Made by a program: the position numbers and the translations under genes. From assembly GCF_001194135.2 (NCBI RefSeq), contig NC_069006.1:4470620-4517830 (forward strand): a stretch of 47,211 nt of DNA, given 5' to 3'. The notes under the pieces were generated by a model that did no database searches, was not told the origin of the DNA, and saw nothing but the letters and a program-made list of their open reading frames with translations. The DNA is from Octopus bimaculoides. Its lineage: Eukaryota. Of this stretch, positions 46,905 through 47,211 are shown piece by piece; position 1 is the stretch's first letter, and the number at the start of each line of letters is the position of its first letter.

Positions 46905-47211
46905 TGTGTGTTGTGTTGGCACTCCGTCGCTCACGACGTCGAGGGTTCCAGTTCATCCGATCAACGGAACAGCCTGCTCGTGAAATTAACGTGCAAGTGG
47001 CTGAGCACTCCACAGACACGTGTACCCTTAACGTAGTTCTCGGGGATATTCAGTGTGACAAGGCCGACCCTTTGAATTACAGGCACAACAGAAACAGGAA
47101 GAAAGAGTGAGAGAAAGTTGTGGTGAAAGAGTACAGCAGGGTTCGCCACCATCCCCTGCCGGAGCCTCGTGGAGCTTTAGGTGTTTTCGCTCAATAAACA
47201 CTCACAACGCC
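46905..47211 (-). mobile_element. SINE family C copy, running off the window end
   Basis: Reverse of 42010-42325, with a (ca)-rich tail at ~46900-46920. Confidence 0.92.

Overview
Eukaryotic, AT-rich, repeat-dense draft genomic DNA with several N gaps. The SINE/MITE repertoire and (AT)n/(AC)n load point to an octopod cephalopod (inference). The window is dominated by one multi-exon + strand gene, a PIWI-clade Argonaute (PIWIL1/Piwi1-like). I reconstructed 14 coding exons from ATG 14814 to 44606. They use GT-AG splice sites, and reading phase matches at every resolvable junction (the exon-2 acceptor lies at or in an N gap). Together they give at least 625 aa: RG-rich N-terminus, N, L1, PAZ, L2, MID and the start of the PIWI domain with catalytic D and E. 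Part of the N-terminus is probably hidden in a gap and the C-terminal exons lie beyond the window. The rest is transposon-derived: three tRNA-headed SINE families, an RTE-LINE 3' end and its many non-autonomous tail copies, two mariner remnants, CR1/L2-type and RLE-type LINE remnants, and piggyBac-like (TTAA) and pogo-like (TA) MITEs. The most unusual observations are (i) a tRNA-headed element with a degenerate hammerhead-ribozyme tail in a Penelope-like inverted arrangement, (ii) a second near-complete hammerhead core in another intron, (iii) a 4-aa insertion beside the MID 5'-phosphate pocket plus other departures from Piwi consensus, and (iv) long intronic palindromes next to exons. Repeat boundaries were read by eye and are approximate; exon boundaries were checked base by base.
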